Shown here: positions 51,340 through 60,762 of the stretch, one piece after another
Layout: every line of letters begins with the position of its first letter
Numbering within the stretch: position 1 is the stretch's first letter
DNA from: Armatimonadota bacterium
Lineage (GTDB): Bacteria; Armatimonadota; SYMT01
Length of the DNA stretch: 64,000 nucleotides
Reading direction: 5' to 3'
NCBI GenBank assembly: GCA_041690135.1
Contig: JAWLHY010000001.1
Location: forward strand, 96,001-160,000
Program-made: the position numbers and the translations under genes
The notes under the pieces: generated by a model
Seen by the model: the letters and a program-made list of their open reading frames with translations, nothing else
Databases searched by the model: none
Told to the model about the DNA's origin: nothing

Positions 51340-53424
51340 CTATCCCAGGAACTCGGCGGCGATGACTTCCGGCCGGAACGGCGTGTCGTTCTCCACGGAG
51401 AAGACGCAATCCGCTTGTTCCGGGGAGGCGACTCGTTCGCCGCGGGCCCGGACGTGCAGGGCCAGCAAGTCGTGAACGTTCGGGAGCCGCCGCTCGACGA
51501 GGGAGCGGACGGTGAGCTGGATACCCTCCAGGTTTGCGTGGACGAAGTTGTGCCACCGGGGATTGTTCCGCAGCGCCATGTCCAGCCACACCGCCTTGCG
51601 GTCGACCAGGTCGAAGACGAGAGGCAGCGCGATGCGAGTGTTGGCGGTCAGGTCCAGGCGGTCCCGCACCGTGCGGGGTTCGTAAATCTCACCTGACCCC
51701 GGCTCTTGCCTCGCCATCCAGCCGGCAAAGCATTCGGGTAGCTCGCAGTAGGGCTGCTGGGTGTAGCTGGTAAGCGACATCACCACGTAGCGGACCTCCT
51801 TCTCCAGCACCTTCTCGATCGTGATATCGATGAACTCGCTGGCGCCATCGGGGGCGTCGACGATGTCGCCGCTGTGGCAGCCGCCATAGCTCTGCAGATG
51901 GTAGTAGGAGAGGACGTCGACGTAGTTGAACTCCGCGTCCAGCAGGGTTGCGGAGAGATCGATATCGGTGCGCTCCTGGCCGTTGGTCCACCAGACAAAG
52001 AACCGGAGCACCGTGCAGTCCGGCAGCGGCAGGCGGCTTCCCCGCCCCACCATGCGAAACGAGCGAGATGCCGAACGGGCGCCGAAGGGGACGTGGTACT
52101 CCTTCAATGCCGGGTCGAGGTAGACCCGGCCGAGCGGCGGCAAGGTACTAAACCGTTCGAGGAGTGCCGCTTCGCAGATCGCCGCCGCCCCGGCGGAAAC
52201 GGCTTCGGGGAGCGGTGGAAGCTCGTTTGGAATCGCTCGGGACTTTGCTACGTTGCCTTTCGGAAAGAACACGCGGAGGGCAGGCGCCTCGTCCCGGCTG
52301 CGGAAGTGCTGGAGCAACTGCAGCAGGACGGGCGTGGATACCTGCGGGGCCGTCGCCTGGAAAGCCTTCAATACGGGCTGGGGCTGATCCGGGTCCAGGC
52401 GGAGCAGGTGATCCAGTCGCCGGGCCAGGACTCCGGGACGGGAGGCAAGCTGCTCGACCGCTACATCGACCCGGTGCTCGGTCAGCGCCCGTTCGACCCG
52501 ACTGTTGAAAGTCGTGAACGGAAGGTCGTTGCGCAGGACATCGAACGCCGCGGCAGTGCGCGGGTAGGTCTCGCAATGCTCGCCGGGGTGCAGCTTCTCC
52601 CCCAGGCGAATCCAGCGGCCCTTCCAGCGCAGCATGTCTTCCGTGAGGCTGGCCTGCCGCTCGAGTAAGCCCAGCAACAGGCGTCGCTCCGGACGGTAAA
52701 AGTTCCGGAAGCGGGTACTCCGGGCGAGCGAGACGTCCCCGCCGCTCAATGCGACCGCCAGGCGCAGCACATCGGTGGTGGTGCGGCAGTAGCGCTCCAG
52801 GAAAGCGGCCGCATCGGAGGTGTGCTCCATCAGCAGGCTCGCCAGGTAGGCCACCGTTTCCTTTTGCGGGATCCGCTCCGGTAGAAGCCGCTGGATCCCG
52901 TCTCCGTAAGTCCGCACAAACCAGGCGAGGTCCTCACGGTCCTGTTCCGAAAGGGAGGTATTGGCGCCGGCCAGTTGCCGGAAAATCTCTTCGAACTCCG
53001 CCTCCGTGCCCACCTCGATAACCGTCGGTTGAACTTCCTCCCGCAGGGCCTCGCGTTCCCGCGCTTCCGTGGGCGGTAAATACTGCCCGGCAGACCAATA
53101 ATGGACCAGGGCGTTGATGTACAGCTCGGCGGTACTCAGCTCCATCACCTGCTCCGGGAAGCCTGCATACATTGGTTGGTGCTGACGATGGGCGCCGCGG
53201 GACTTGAGCAGATCGGTGCGGAGTTGTTGATACAGGCTGGCGAGTTGCTGCAGGGAGAGGCGGGTGCAACCTTGCAGCAGGGCCTCGGAGAACACGAATC
53301 CGAGGGGTTCGAGGTTCTTGACCACCGTCAGGACGCACCGGAGGGGGAGCGGCTCCCCCACGGGTTCCGCCGCCGCGGGAAGCCCGATCTTCACTCTTCG
53401 ACGCAGGTAGATCGAATTGTTCAT
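51340..53424 (-). CDS. ROT/TROVE-like helical protein with C-terminal TerD-like domain
   Basis: TDVLRLAVALSGGDVSL, LGEKLHPGE, RPGVLARRLDHLLR; C-terminal DIDLS, HSGDIVDAPDGASEFIDI. Confidence 0.75.
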   Translation of the reverse strand: MNNSIYLRRRVKIGLPAAAEPVGEPLPLRCVLTVVKNLEPLGFVFSEALLQGCTRLSLQQLASLYQQLRTDLLKSRGAHRQHQPMYAGFPEQVMELSTAELYINALVHYWSAGQYLPPTEAREREALREEVQPTVIEVGTEAEFEEIFRQLAGANTSLSEQDREDLAWFVRTYGDGIQRLLPERIPQKETVAYLASLLMEHTSDAAAFLERYCRTTTDVLRLAVALSGGDVSLARSTRFRNFYRPERRLLLGLLERQASLTEDMLRWKGRWIRLGEKLHPGEHCETYPRTAAAFDVLRNDLPFTTFNSRVERALTEHRVDVAVEQLASRPGVLARRLDHLLRLDPDQPQPVLKAFQATAPQVSTPVLLQLLQHFRSRDEAPALRVFFPKGNVAKSRAIPNELPPLPEAVSAGAAAICEAALLERFSTLPPLGRVYLDPALKEYHVPFGARSASRSFRMVGRGSRLPLPDCTVLRFFVWWTNGQERTDIDLSATLLDAEFNYVDVLSYYHLQSYGGCHSGDIVDAPDGASEFIDITIEKVLEKEVRYVVMSLTSYTQQPYCELPECFAGWMARQEPGSGEIYEPRTVRDRLDLTANTRIALPLVFDLVDRKAVWLDMALRNNPRWHNFVHANLEGIQLTVRSLVERRLPNVHDLLALHVRARGERVASPEQADCVFSVENDTPFRPEVIAAEFLG

Positions 53425-53455
53425 CGCCGGTGCGGGACAGGTGCGAACAACAGGT

Positions 53456-53531
53456 TGCCTTGTGGGAAGCGGAGGATCTGGTGCGACTGTTGATACAGAG
53501 TAGAAGGAAGAACCCCCATAGCCACAAGGCA
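53456..53531 (-). ncRNA. Y-RNA-like stem-loop in the leader of the TROVE-like/TerD gene
   Basis: Perfect 10-bp closing stem TGCCTTGTGG/CCACAAGGCA, internal loop, GGGGG/CCTCC helix, pyrimidine tract TTCTTCCTTCT. Confidence 0.55.
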
Positions 53532-53532
53532 G

Positions 53533-53604
53533 CGGACCCGCGGGGAGTCGAACCCCGTATCTCGCTTTCCACGTGCGAGTTACTCCCTCTCGAGCGGCGG
53601 GCCG
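53533..53604 (-). ncRNA. tRNA-like cloverleaf (non-canonical)
   Basis: Acceptor GGCCCG/CGGGTC, D-stem GCTC/GAGT, stem CTCGC/GCGAG with 9-nt loop ACGTGGAAA, T-arm CGGGG-TTCGACT-CCCCG; no CCA, no U8. Confidence 0.65.
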
Positions 53605-53658
53605 AACTCGCCTCGTGAGACGGCCGATAGTGGGCTCCCAAGGCGAGCGGAAGATTTA

Positions 53659-53688
53659 AATATATCTCGTGGCTCTTGCCAGTGTCCA
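53659..53688 (-). promoter_or_regulatory. Putative sigma70 promoter for the RNA-RNA-gene unit
   Basis: TGGACA-N18-TATATT on the minus strand in a locally AT-rich patch. Confidence 0.45.
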
Positions 53689-53768
53689 CTCTGCCGGTAG
53701 GAAGTCAGAAAGCCCGAATGATATCCTCGAGAGGCAGTCGGTATCAGGCACCCGCAGGCGGGCGGGTT

Positions 53769-54137
53769 CTACCCGGCATCCCTCTGCACTCGGGTGAGGA
53801 GCTCCATGAGCTCCGGCAGACCCGTCGGTTTCACCAGGTAGTGAGCGAACCCGACCGCTTCCGCCCGGCGGCGAGTGTCGGGGTCGGTAAAGCCCGTCCA
53901 GGCGACCGCCACCGCATCCTGTAACTCGGCTACCCTTCGGAGCTCCTGGCATACCGAAAGGCCATCCACTTCCGGCATCGCGAGGTCACAGAAGATCACG
54001 TGAGGGCGAAAGCGGAGGGCTCGCTCCACGGCGCCTTTTCCGGTGTGCGCGACCTCCACCTCGTGCCCCAACGCCTGCAGGAGCTCCCCCAGGGAATCGG
54101 CCGCGTCGGCGTGATCATCGATAATCAGGATCCGCAT
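53769..54137 (-). CDS. Stand-alone response-regulator receiver domain
   Basis: ILIIDD, FCDLAMPEVDG, WTG, YLVKP. Confidence 0.93.
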   Translation of the reverse strand: MRILIIDDHADAADSLGELLQALGHEVEVAHTGKGAVERALRFRPHVIFCDLAMPEVDGLSVCQELRRVAELQDAVAVAWTGFTDPDTRRRAEAVGFAHYLVKPTGLPELMELLTRVQRDAG

Positions 54138-54280
54138 GCCCGCCTCCGCCGAGTACAGGCCAGCAAAGACTGCATGCTACCCCTGCGTAATACTGATGGA
54201 TTATGGGCACGCTGCCCCATTTCCCGCTTAAAGTATACACAAATATTGCCGACACACTCAGGCCCCGGAAATACGAACCA

Positions 54281-54312
54281 GCCCCCAGGGAGAAGCGCTT
54301 CTCCCTGGGGGC
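54281..54312. terminator. Perfect 32-bp palindrome, probable terminator
   Basis: GCCCCCAGGGAGAAGC|GCTTCTCCCTGGGGGC downstream of 54398-54748. Confidence 0.6.
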
Positions 54313-54397
54313 GGGTGTCTGCCGGATGCCATGCGGCCATGCTCTTGTGCGGCTCTGCACAAGCCTCGCTTCAATTCACCGAGTGCAAGTTTGAATG

Positions 54398-54748
54398 TTA
54401 CGGATTGCCCAGCATCAAGTCGCGCTGTGGTGGGTCCTGTGTCTGCTCCCACTCCGCCTGTGCCGTGTTCAGGGTATGAGACGCTTCCTGGCGGTCAAGC
54501 TCTGCCAGAAAGTGATCGCTGCGAGCGTGCCCGAAGGCTTTCAGCGCCTTCGTCCAGGCCTGGTGGGCCAGATCCCACTGCTGCTGCGCTTCTTCCCACA
54601 CCAGTAAGGCCTGATCCCAGTTCCCTTCCGCGTGGGTCCACGCTTCCGCGGCGCGGCGCCACGCCTGCTGGGCCTGCTCCCACGCTCTTTGGGCGTCTTC
54701 CGGGATGGGGGTAGTGTTGGTCGGTGGTGGGGCGGGCTTACTCTCCAT
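54398..54748 (-). CDS. Small coiled-coil protein with Trp heptad repeat
   Basis: RBS GGAGGT; W every 7 residues x7. Confidence 0.7.
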   Translation of the reverse strand: MESKPAPPPTNTTPIPEDAQRAWEQAQQAWRRAAEAWTHAEGNWDQALLVWEEAQQQWDLAHQAWTKALKAFGHARSDHFLAELDRQEASHTLNTAQAEWEQTQDPPQRDLMLGNP

Positions 54749-55066
54749 AGACAGACCTCCTGACTCGGTGGCATTTGCCCGCTGCCGACCGATTCGAAAC
54801 GGTATCTCCCGATCAGTGGAGGGTGGTTCATCCACGCCTTGTGGGAAACGGAGATCTCTACGGACGTGGCGTAAACGGCGGCTCGGAAGGAAAACGGTCA
54901 TTCGTAAAAGCAGCGGAAGAATGTGATTGAGCACTTCCCCGGGGTTGTCGAAAAGGAACGTGCCTCTCAGAGAGGCTTCTCTCCCCTGCGTCCCCGGACC
55001 GTGCATGCGTGGTCGCTACGGGCGGGATGCCGACGAGCAGGATTTGTCAGGGGAGCGATCGGAAGG

Positions 55067-55441
55067 ATGGAGATGATGGCCGCTGTTCAGGCGTGGTGGT
55101 GTGAGTCGGATTTAGACGTCCGCGACCGAACCGCCCCCAATTCCCCGGGAAGTTCCGAGGGCGAGGCGGAGGCGCCGGACTGCAGAGATGTGCAGGCTGG
55201 CGAGCAAGAGATTCCGCCAGAGGAGGTCACCAGGCTGTTGTTGTGCCTCACGGATGCCCTGGAACTAGCCGCCCAGGGAGAGCCGGGTCGCGGTCACCTC
55301 AAGCTCCTGGGTGGATTGGTGCGTGCCGCCTCGCTCCGGAAGGAGAATGCTGCGGGTGCGGAACGCCTGTATGCCTACTGGGAAAAGGCTCTTGCCACCT
55401 ACCGTGCCCAGTACCCGCAAGTTGCCGGGTCGGAGGACTGA
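55067..55441 (+). CDS. Hypothetical protein with unnamed helical motif (copy 1)
   Basis: ALELAAQGEPGRGHLKLLGGLVRA. Confidence 0.6.
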   Translation: MEMMAAVQAWWCESDLDVRDRTAPNSPGSSEGEAEAPDCRDVQAGEQEIPPEEVTRLLLCLTDALELAAQGEPGRGHLKLLGGLVRAASLRKENAAGAERLYAYWEKALATYRAQYPQVAGSED

Positions 55442-55472
55442 GGGTTACGGGTACCCACCCGCCTCCCACGCT

Positions 55473-55847
55473 TCATCGCCTCGACAGCTCTGTGGCGATC
55501 CGCTGCAGTAACGCGAAGAGCTGGTCGGGCTCCGTTGGCTTCGGCAGGAAGTGGTCAAAGCCGGCTTCTGCGGCTTGCCTCTGCGTTGCCTGATCGGTGT
55601 AGCCGGACCAGGCGACCAGCACCACGTCTTGCAGCTCGGGATGCTCCCGGACTTGCCGTGCTACGGACAACCCATCCATTTCCGGCATGGCAAGGTCGCA
55701 AAGGAGCACGTGCGGGCGCCATTCCTGCATGTGCTGCAGGGCCCAGATACCCGAATGGACCGACACCGCCTTGAGGTCTTTCATCCGCAGTAGTTCCGCC
55801 AGCGTGTCTGCGGCATCCGCGACATCATCGACCACGAGGATCCGCAT
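55473..55847 (-). CDS. Stand-alone response-regulator receiver domain (paralog of 53769-54137)
   Basis: ILVVDD, LCDLAMPEMDG, WSG, FLPKP; RBS AAGGAG. Confidence 0.93.
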   Translation of the reverse strand: MRILVVDDVADAADTLAELLRMKDLKAVSVHSGIWALQHMQEWRPHVLLCDLAMPEMDGLSVARQVREHPELQDVVLVAWSGYTDQATQRQAAEAGFDHFLPKPTEPDQLFALLQRIATELSRR

Positions 55848-55994
55848 CCCACACTCCTTCAGAGCATCGCGGCAGTCTGCTTGCTGCCTACAGATTTGCT
55901 AGAAGAGTAAGCGAGCCCTGCCCGAAAACCTGAAGATTAGCCTATGTGGGGGTAGAATCTTTTGGCGGCTACCGCAACTCCCCCGTAGGGACGA

Positions 55995-56594
55995 ATGAGA
56001 TTAGCTCTTGTGGACAACGCGGTGCCGGTCGAAAGAGGGCAGGTTGTTCAGCTCGATCCCTTGCGCCTGATGTCAGATTCTCCCATCCCCGAGCTGGAAG
56101 TGCGATACCTCATTGCTGCTCTCCGCGAAGCCGAAGCCTTTGCCACCGAGGGCAAGACGGCCGAAGGACTTGCCCTCCTGGATGCCGGATTGCAACGAGT
56201 GACGGATCAAGTACCCGATTCCGAACCCTGGAAGGTTACGCTGCGGGGACCGGGGCACGGTGGTATCAATTCCCACGCGGCGCAACCAGGGAGCCGCACT
56301 ACACCGCTGGGATTATCCGTCCAAGGTACAATCTGGCTCAGTCGTGGCGACTACCGCCCTGGGAGGTGTTCCATGGTTCCAGAAGAAGATCAGCGGTTCT
56401 TCGCCCTGGTTTACTCCGAGGCTGAGGCGGAAGCCGCACAGGGTAACCGGATCCGGGGGGACGTGTGGCTGCGGGAAGGGCTTCAACGCGCCCAGGAAAC
56501 AGAAGGCCCACATCAGGCCGCTCTGGTCGAACTGTGGAGTTCCGGCCTGCGACGCTTCCAGGAGCGGCACCCGACCGAGTGGTATTCGGAGTGA
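55995..56594 (+). CDS. Hypothetical protein with unnamed helical motif (copies 2 and 3); second gene may start at ATG 56373
   Basis: AEAFATEGKTAEGLALLDAGLQRV and AEAEAAQGNRIRGDVWLREGLQRA; internal RBS GGAGGT before 56373. Confidence 0.6.
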   Translation: MRLALVDNAVPVERGQVVQLDPLRLMSDSPIPELEVRYLIAALREAEAFATEGKTAEGLALLDAGLQRVTDQVPDSEPWKVTLRGPGHGGINSHAAQPGSRTTPLGLSVQGTIWLSRGDYRPGRCSMVPEEDQRFFALVYSEAEAEAAQGNRIRGDVWLREGLQRAQETEGPHQAALVELWSSGLRRFQERHPTEWYSE

Positions 56595-56679
56595 TTGTCG
56601 CCGCAACGCTTCTCTTTCGGGGCGTCTGCATTCGCGGAAATTGCTCTGAAGTTGCCATCCCGTAACCAGGCCATTCCTC

Positions 56680-57396
56680 ATGGAGTTCGAAAGACCTTCG
56701 CATCCAGCCCCAGGGGCCACGGAAGCGCCTCGCCCCTTGGTACCCGACGACGTGACGTCCGCCCTGGCATCGACCGTCGATAGCGCTCACGCTCTGGCCG
56801 AAGCGGGCGCGGTTTTCGCCGGCTGGTTGCTCCTGGTTAGCGGCCTGGAGCGCGCCAACCCCTCGGTGGGGGCTGTGCCGGCATGGCATGGGGAATTGCT
56901 CGGCCTCTACTCTTTGGCGCTGGAAGTCTATGAAGAGCGATGGTGGGGAGAATGGGCCGCATGCCAGGAGCAGGAGACGGTACTACTCGGCATTTGTGCC
57001 GATCGGGCGCTCCAGCAGGCCTATGCACTCGCAGTTGAGCGGAGGCAGTGGGATCTGGCTGTGTGTTTCGCGCGGGCTCGGCGAGCCACCGCGTACCGGG
57101 GATGGATAGAGGGTATGGGGCGCGGTTTGCCGCTTGAGGATCATTTCCGAACCGCCGCGACGACCCAGACGCCCAACCTCTCTCCCCCGGTCCACGAGTT
57201 GGAAGCAGTAGGTCAGTTCGCGGTCCGCGCGATTCACCTCGCCCAAGCGGGCCGGCTTGCGGACGGCTACACCTTGCTGCTCACGGGTTATGAACGCGCC
57301 CGGTTCCACACTTCGGCGCCGTGGGGGCCGTCGTTGGTTCAGGGTTGGGAAGATGTACTCTGGGCCTATTGCGAGCGTTTTGGCGTTCGGGATTAA
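56680..57396 (+). CDS. Hypothetical protein with unnamed helical motif (copies 4 and 5)
   Basis: AHALAEAGAVFAGWLLLVSGLERA and AIHLAQAGRLADGYTLLLTGYERA. Confidence 0.65.
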   Translation: MEFERPSHPAPGATEAPRPLVPDDVTSALASTVDSAHALAEAGAVFAGWLLLVSGLERANPSVGAVPAWHGELLGLYSLALEVYEERWWGEWAACQEQETVLLGICADRALQQAYALAVERRQWDLAVCFARARRATAYRGWIEGMGRGLPLEDHFRTAATTQTPNLSPPVHELEAVGQFAVRAIHLAQAGRLADGYTLLLTGYERARFHTSAPWGPSLVQGWEDVLWAYCERFGVRD

Positions 57397-57458
57397 GCCC
57401 AGTCACGCGGTAACAAACTGCGACATTCCGGTCCTGGACGCACCGGCAACCCCGCGAG

Positions 57459-57953
57459 CTATATGAGGCTCAGGACCACCCAGAAGAAGGCCATCAAGCC
57501 GGCCACGAACGCTCCGCATAGCAACGCCGCTACGAAGCGGGGATTGCCGCCCTCGGGACGGACCTTTCCCTGCCGACGGCGCATACCGTCACAATCGGGG
57601 CAAAACGCGCCGAACGTCTCTTCGACCCGCGGGCGCATTCCTTCACGCAGTACGCGATCTTCTCGCGTGCCCACCACGCGCTGCCGCGTCACATGCTGGG
57701 GAAAGAGCTGGGCGCATCCGTGACAGCGGACCTGTCGGTGCTCGTGGCAGACCGGGTCACCTTCCGGAGAATAGCCACCATAGGGGCACTTCTCCGAACG
57801 GGGTGCGTTCAGAGAGTAGGCACTCATCGGTTTCGCGCAGACCGAACACGCGAAAGGAGGGCGACAGCCACATCCGGGACAAGCATCTGCCTGGCTGGCG
57901 ACTGGACCGCTACACGCGCGGCAGCGTAGAGGGGTTTTAGCTTTTTCCTGCAT
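57459..57953 (-). CDS. Multi-zinc-finger protein with C-terminal TM helix
   Basis: CRAC, CPGC, CSVC, CHEH, CHGC, CPDC; hydrophobic C-terminus. Confidence 0.75.
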   Translation of the reverse strand: MQEKAKTPLRCRACSGPVASQADACPGCGCRPPFACSVCAKPMSAYSLNAPRSEKCPYGGYSPEGDPVCHEHRQVRCHGCAQLFPQHVTRQRVVGTREDRVLREGMRPRVEETFGAFCPDCDGMRRRQGKVRPEGGNPRFVAALLCGAFVAGLMAFFWVVLSLI

Positions 57954-58520
57954 TCAATCTTCGATCCGGTTCACTCCCCGAACATTCTCGGCTCATTCGG
58001 CGAAGTTCTGCACCCGGTTGGCCGTGGCCGGCAACAGGCCTGGCCAGTGGGGAGTTCCCCTACCGCGATTCATTCGGCAGCAAGAGCCCAGGCGAAAGCC
58101 CAGAATGCATAGAGACCCCTTGGGGACCTGCAAGCGCTGGACGAATGGTCCGGATGGCCGACGTTGGGCCTGGCACCGGGTCCGACCACTTCTTCAGCGC
58201 GGACCCGGATCGGAAACACATCGAGGTGAGCCAGTGATTCTGTCGCTGGGACGCCTGGAACGAAGAGGAGTTGGGCGCGCCGGATAACGCCGGAAGCACG
58301 ATACTCACCGACGCCGCCAGAAGCGGGCCGCACTGCGGGGGTTGCCCACCCGGTCGGTTTGCCGTATGAGCCGTGACGGAGTGGCCAGCGTATGATAGGC
58401 ACCCGGTTGACGGAAATGAGATTAACGCGGCCGACCCGCTCTCCGTCAAACAGGGCAGTAGCAAGTACCTTCCCGCCAACGGGCGACGCCCGCTGGGGCT
58501 CCCCAGGAGTGAGTTCAGAC

Positions 58521-60620
58521 ATGCAGAATCGCCTCCTCTGCTTTACGGGGCTGGCGCTGGCTGGCCTGGTGGCCGGCGGTGCTGCGCCGGCCGCACCAGT
58601 CGCGCCGAAGAAGGCGCCCGCGCGCAAGCCGGCTTCCCGCACGCCGTCGAAGTCTGTCGCTCCGAAGCCGGCGAAGCCGGCCAACAAGACTGCAGCGGTT
58701 CCGAAAAGCTCGGTTGAGCCGGTCTACAGCGTGGTGAGTCCCCTCGGTGATCCCACGATGAAGATGATCACGATGGCTCCGCGCCTCGACACCCTGGCCG
58801 GCAAGAAGGTCTGCCTGGTCTGGAACCAGGCGTTCCAGGCCGACATCACCCTCCCCGCGATTGAAGAAGCGCTGAAGGAGAAGTACCCCGACATCAAGAT
58901 CATTCCCTACACGGAAATCGACGCCGCGATCCAGGCGGCGAGTCGTATGGGAGCCACTCCGCAGCCTTCCGCGCGCCGGCCTCGACCGGGCGCTCGTTTC
59001 GGCGCGCGCGGAACCACTCCGGGCCGGGGGGTACCGCCCGCCTCGAGAGGCCCCTCTCCTGCCGGTGAGGCTCCGGAGGCGGACGGCGATACCTCTGCGG
59101 CCGAAGCGTCCATCCTGCAGGCCGTGCTCAAGGAAAAGGGCTGCGACGCAATCATCAGCGGAAACGGTGGTTGAGGGACCTGCACCCCCCGCGCGGTCCG
59201 CGCGGTTATCGCCGCAGAGAAAATCGGTATTCCGGGGGTGGTCGTCACCGCTCCCGGCTTTGACGAGCAGGCGCGCGCTGTGGCCATCGATCAGGGCGTG
59301 CCGTCAGTCCAGGTCGCCGTCTATCCGGGTCCGTTCGATCTTCACTCGGATGAGGAACTCCGGAAGAACAGCAAATCGGTCGTCGTCCCTCAGGTCATTC
59401 AGGGGCTGACCCGGCCCATCCCCGCGGCGGACACCCACGTCGGGCGGCGAAAGGAGATTGCATTTACTGGGACCCTCGACGCCGTCAACCGGTACTTCAC
59501 AGATAACAAGTGGAGTGATGGGCTGGCCATTATTCCACCGACCGTGGATAGGATCCAGGAGTTTCTAAAGTACACCGGATACTCGCCGGATGAGGAGATC
59601 GCCGTGCTCCCGGCGGCGAACCTGCGGGCTACGCCGCGGAACATCGCGGCGAATGCCGTGATGGCCGGCTGCCGGCCCGAGCATATGCCCATATTGATCG
59701 CGGCAGTCAAGGCGCTAGGCGACCCAGCGGCCCGCTTATCCATGTCCGGCGGCAGCACCCATTCGTTCGTCCACTTTTACCTGGTGAACGGGCCGTTGGC
59801 CCGGCAGCTTCGGATCGATCATGGCCAGGGCCTGATCGCTCACTCCACGAACCAGGTCATCGGCCGTGCCATGGGCCTGATCGAGAGGAACATAGCGGGT
59901 TACCGGATACAGGAATCCCAGATGGGCACCTTCGGTAAAACGCAGTCCTGGGTATTGGCGGAAGATGAAGCAATACTCGCGAAGATCGGATGGAGTCCTT
60001 ATCACGTGGAGAAGGGCTTCTCGAATGATACGAACACGGTCGCCGTGGCCAACAGCACCCTCTGGGGGCAGAACCTGATTCCGGCAACCTCCGATCCCAA
60101 GACGGTCATGGAGCTTATGGCGTATGGAGTGACGCGCGGCGAGATGTTCGCCAGCGGCATGATTGATTCACGTCGCTATCTAATGGTGACGCCAGGAGTC
60201 GCCGAGGTGCTCGCGGGCGGTGGTTATACGAAAAGCGCTCTGATCGAGGATGTGAGGGTGAACGCGAGAAGGATCACGCATGAATGGGTCTTCTCGAAGG
60301 TGCATGGCTCGTTCGGCAGGGTGCTGGGATCCTTTGAAGATGAGCTTGCCCGGTCCATGAGCGCGCCCGGCGCGGAGAAGGGGAAACTGCCGCCCTGGTA
60401 TCCCCGAGTCCCTGGATGGGAAGAGGTTGTAACAACGCCGGCCGCCACGCGTGGGAAACTACAGCTTATCGTCTGTGGAGACGCGAATAGAAATAAAGTG
60501 CAGATACTGGCTGGCGGTATGGGCGCCTCCATCAAGGAAGTACGACTGCCGGCAAACTGGGATGAGCTGATGAAGAAATCGGGTTACCGGCCGGTCGGAG
60601 AGTTCTCTATCAGGAAATAG
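58521..60620 (+). CDS. UGSC-family selenoprotein (in-frame UGA at 59172-59174, U-G-T-C), fused to a WSDGL..PPT domain
   Basis: CDAIISGNGG-UGA-GTC frame continues without shift into the 59238-60620 ORF; hairpin downstream of UGA; signal peptide. Confidence 0.8.
59189..59205 (+). promoter_or_regulatory. Candidate bacterial SECIS hairpin
   Basis: CCGCGCG-GTC-CGCGCGG; loop ~21 nt after UGA, starting with G. Confidence 0.6.
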
Positions 60621-60762
60621 ATCGTACACCACGGGTTGGTGAATGAGGCGGTATTCGGAGCCCGGAGCGGTGACTCTCCGGGCTCCGCCTGAGTGCCGCA
60701 CCGCCGGCCGGGGTGAAGGCCCCAGGCCGGCGGTACTGTCGTGGCTCCTTTCCTTACAATTG

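Noticed and set aside
53533-53604. Functional tRNA (Pro-TGG)
   Set aside because: 9-nt anticodon loop without U33, no U8, first acceptor pair mismatched, no CCA; kept as tRNA-like ncRNA
57960-58500. Riboswitch upstream of the selenoprotein gene
   Set aside because: No recognisable aptamer consensus by eye; would need an Rfam scan
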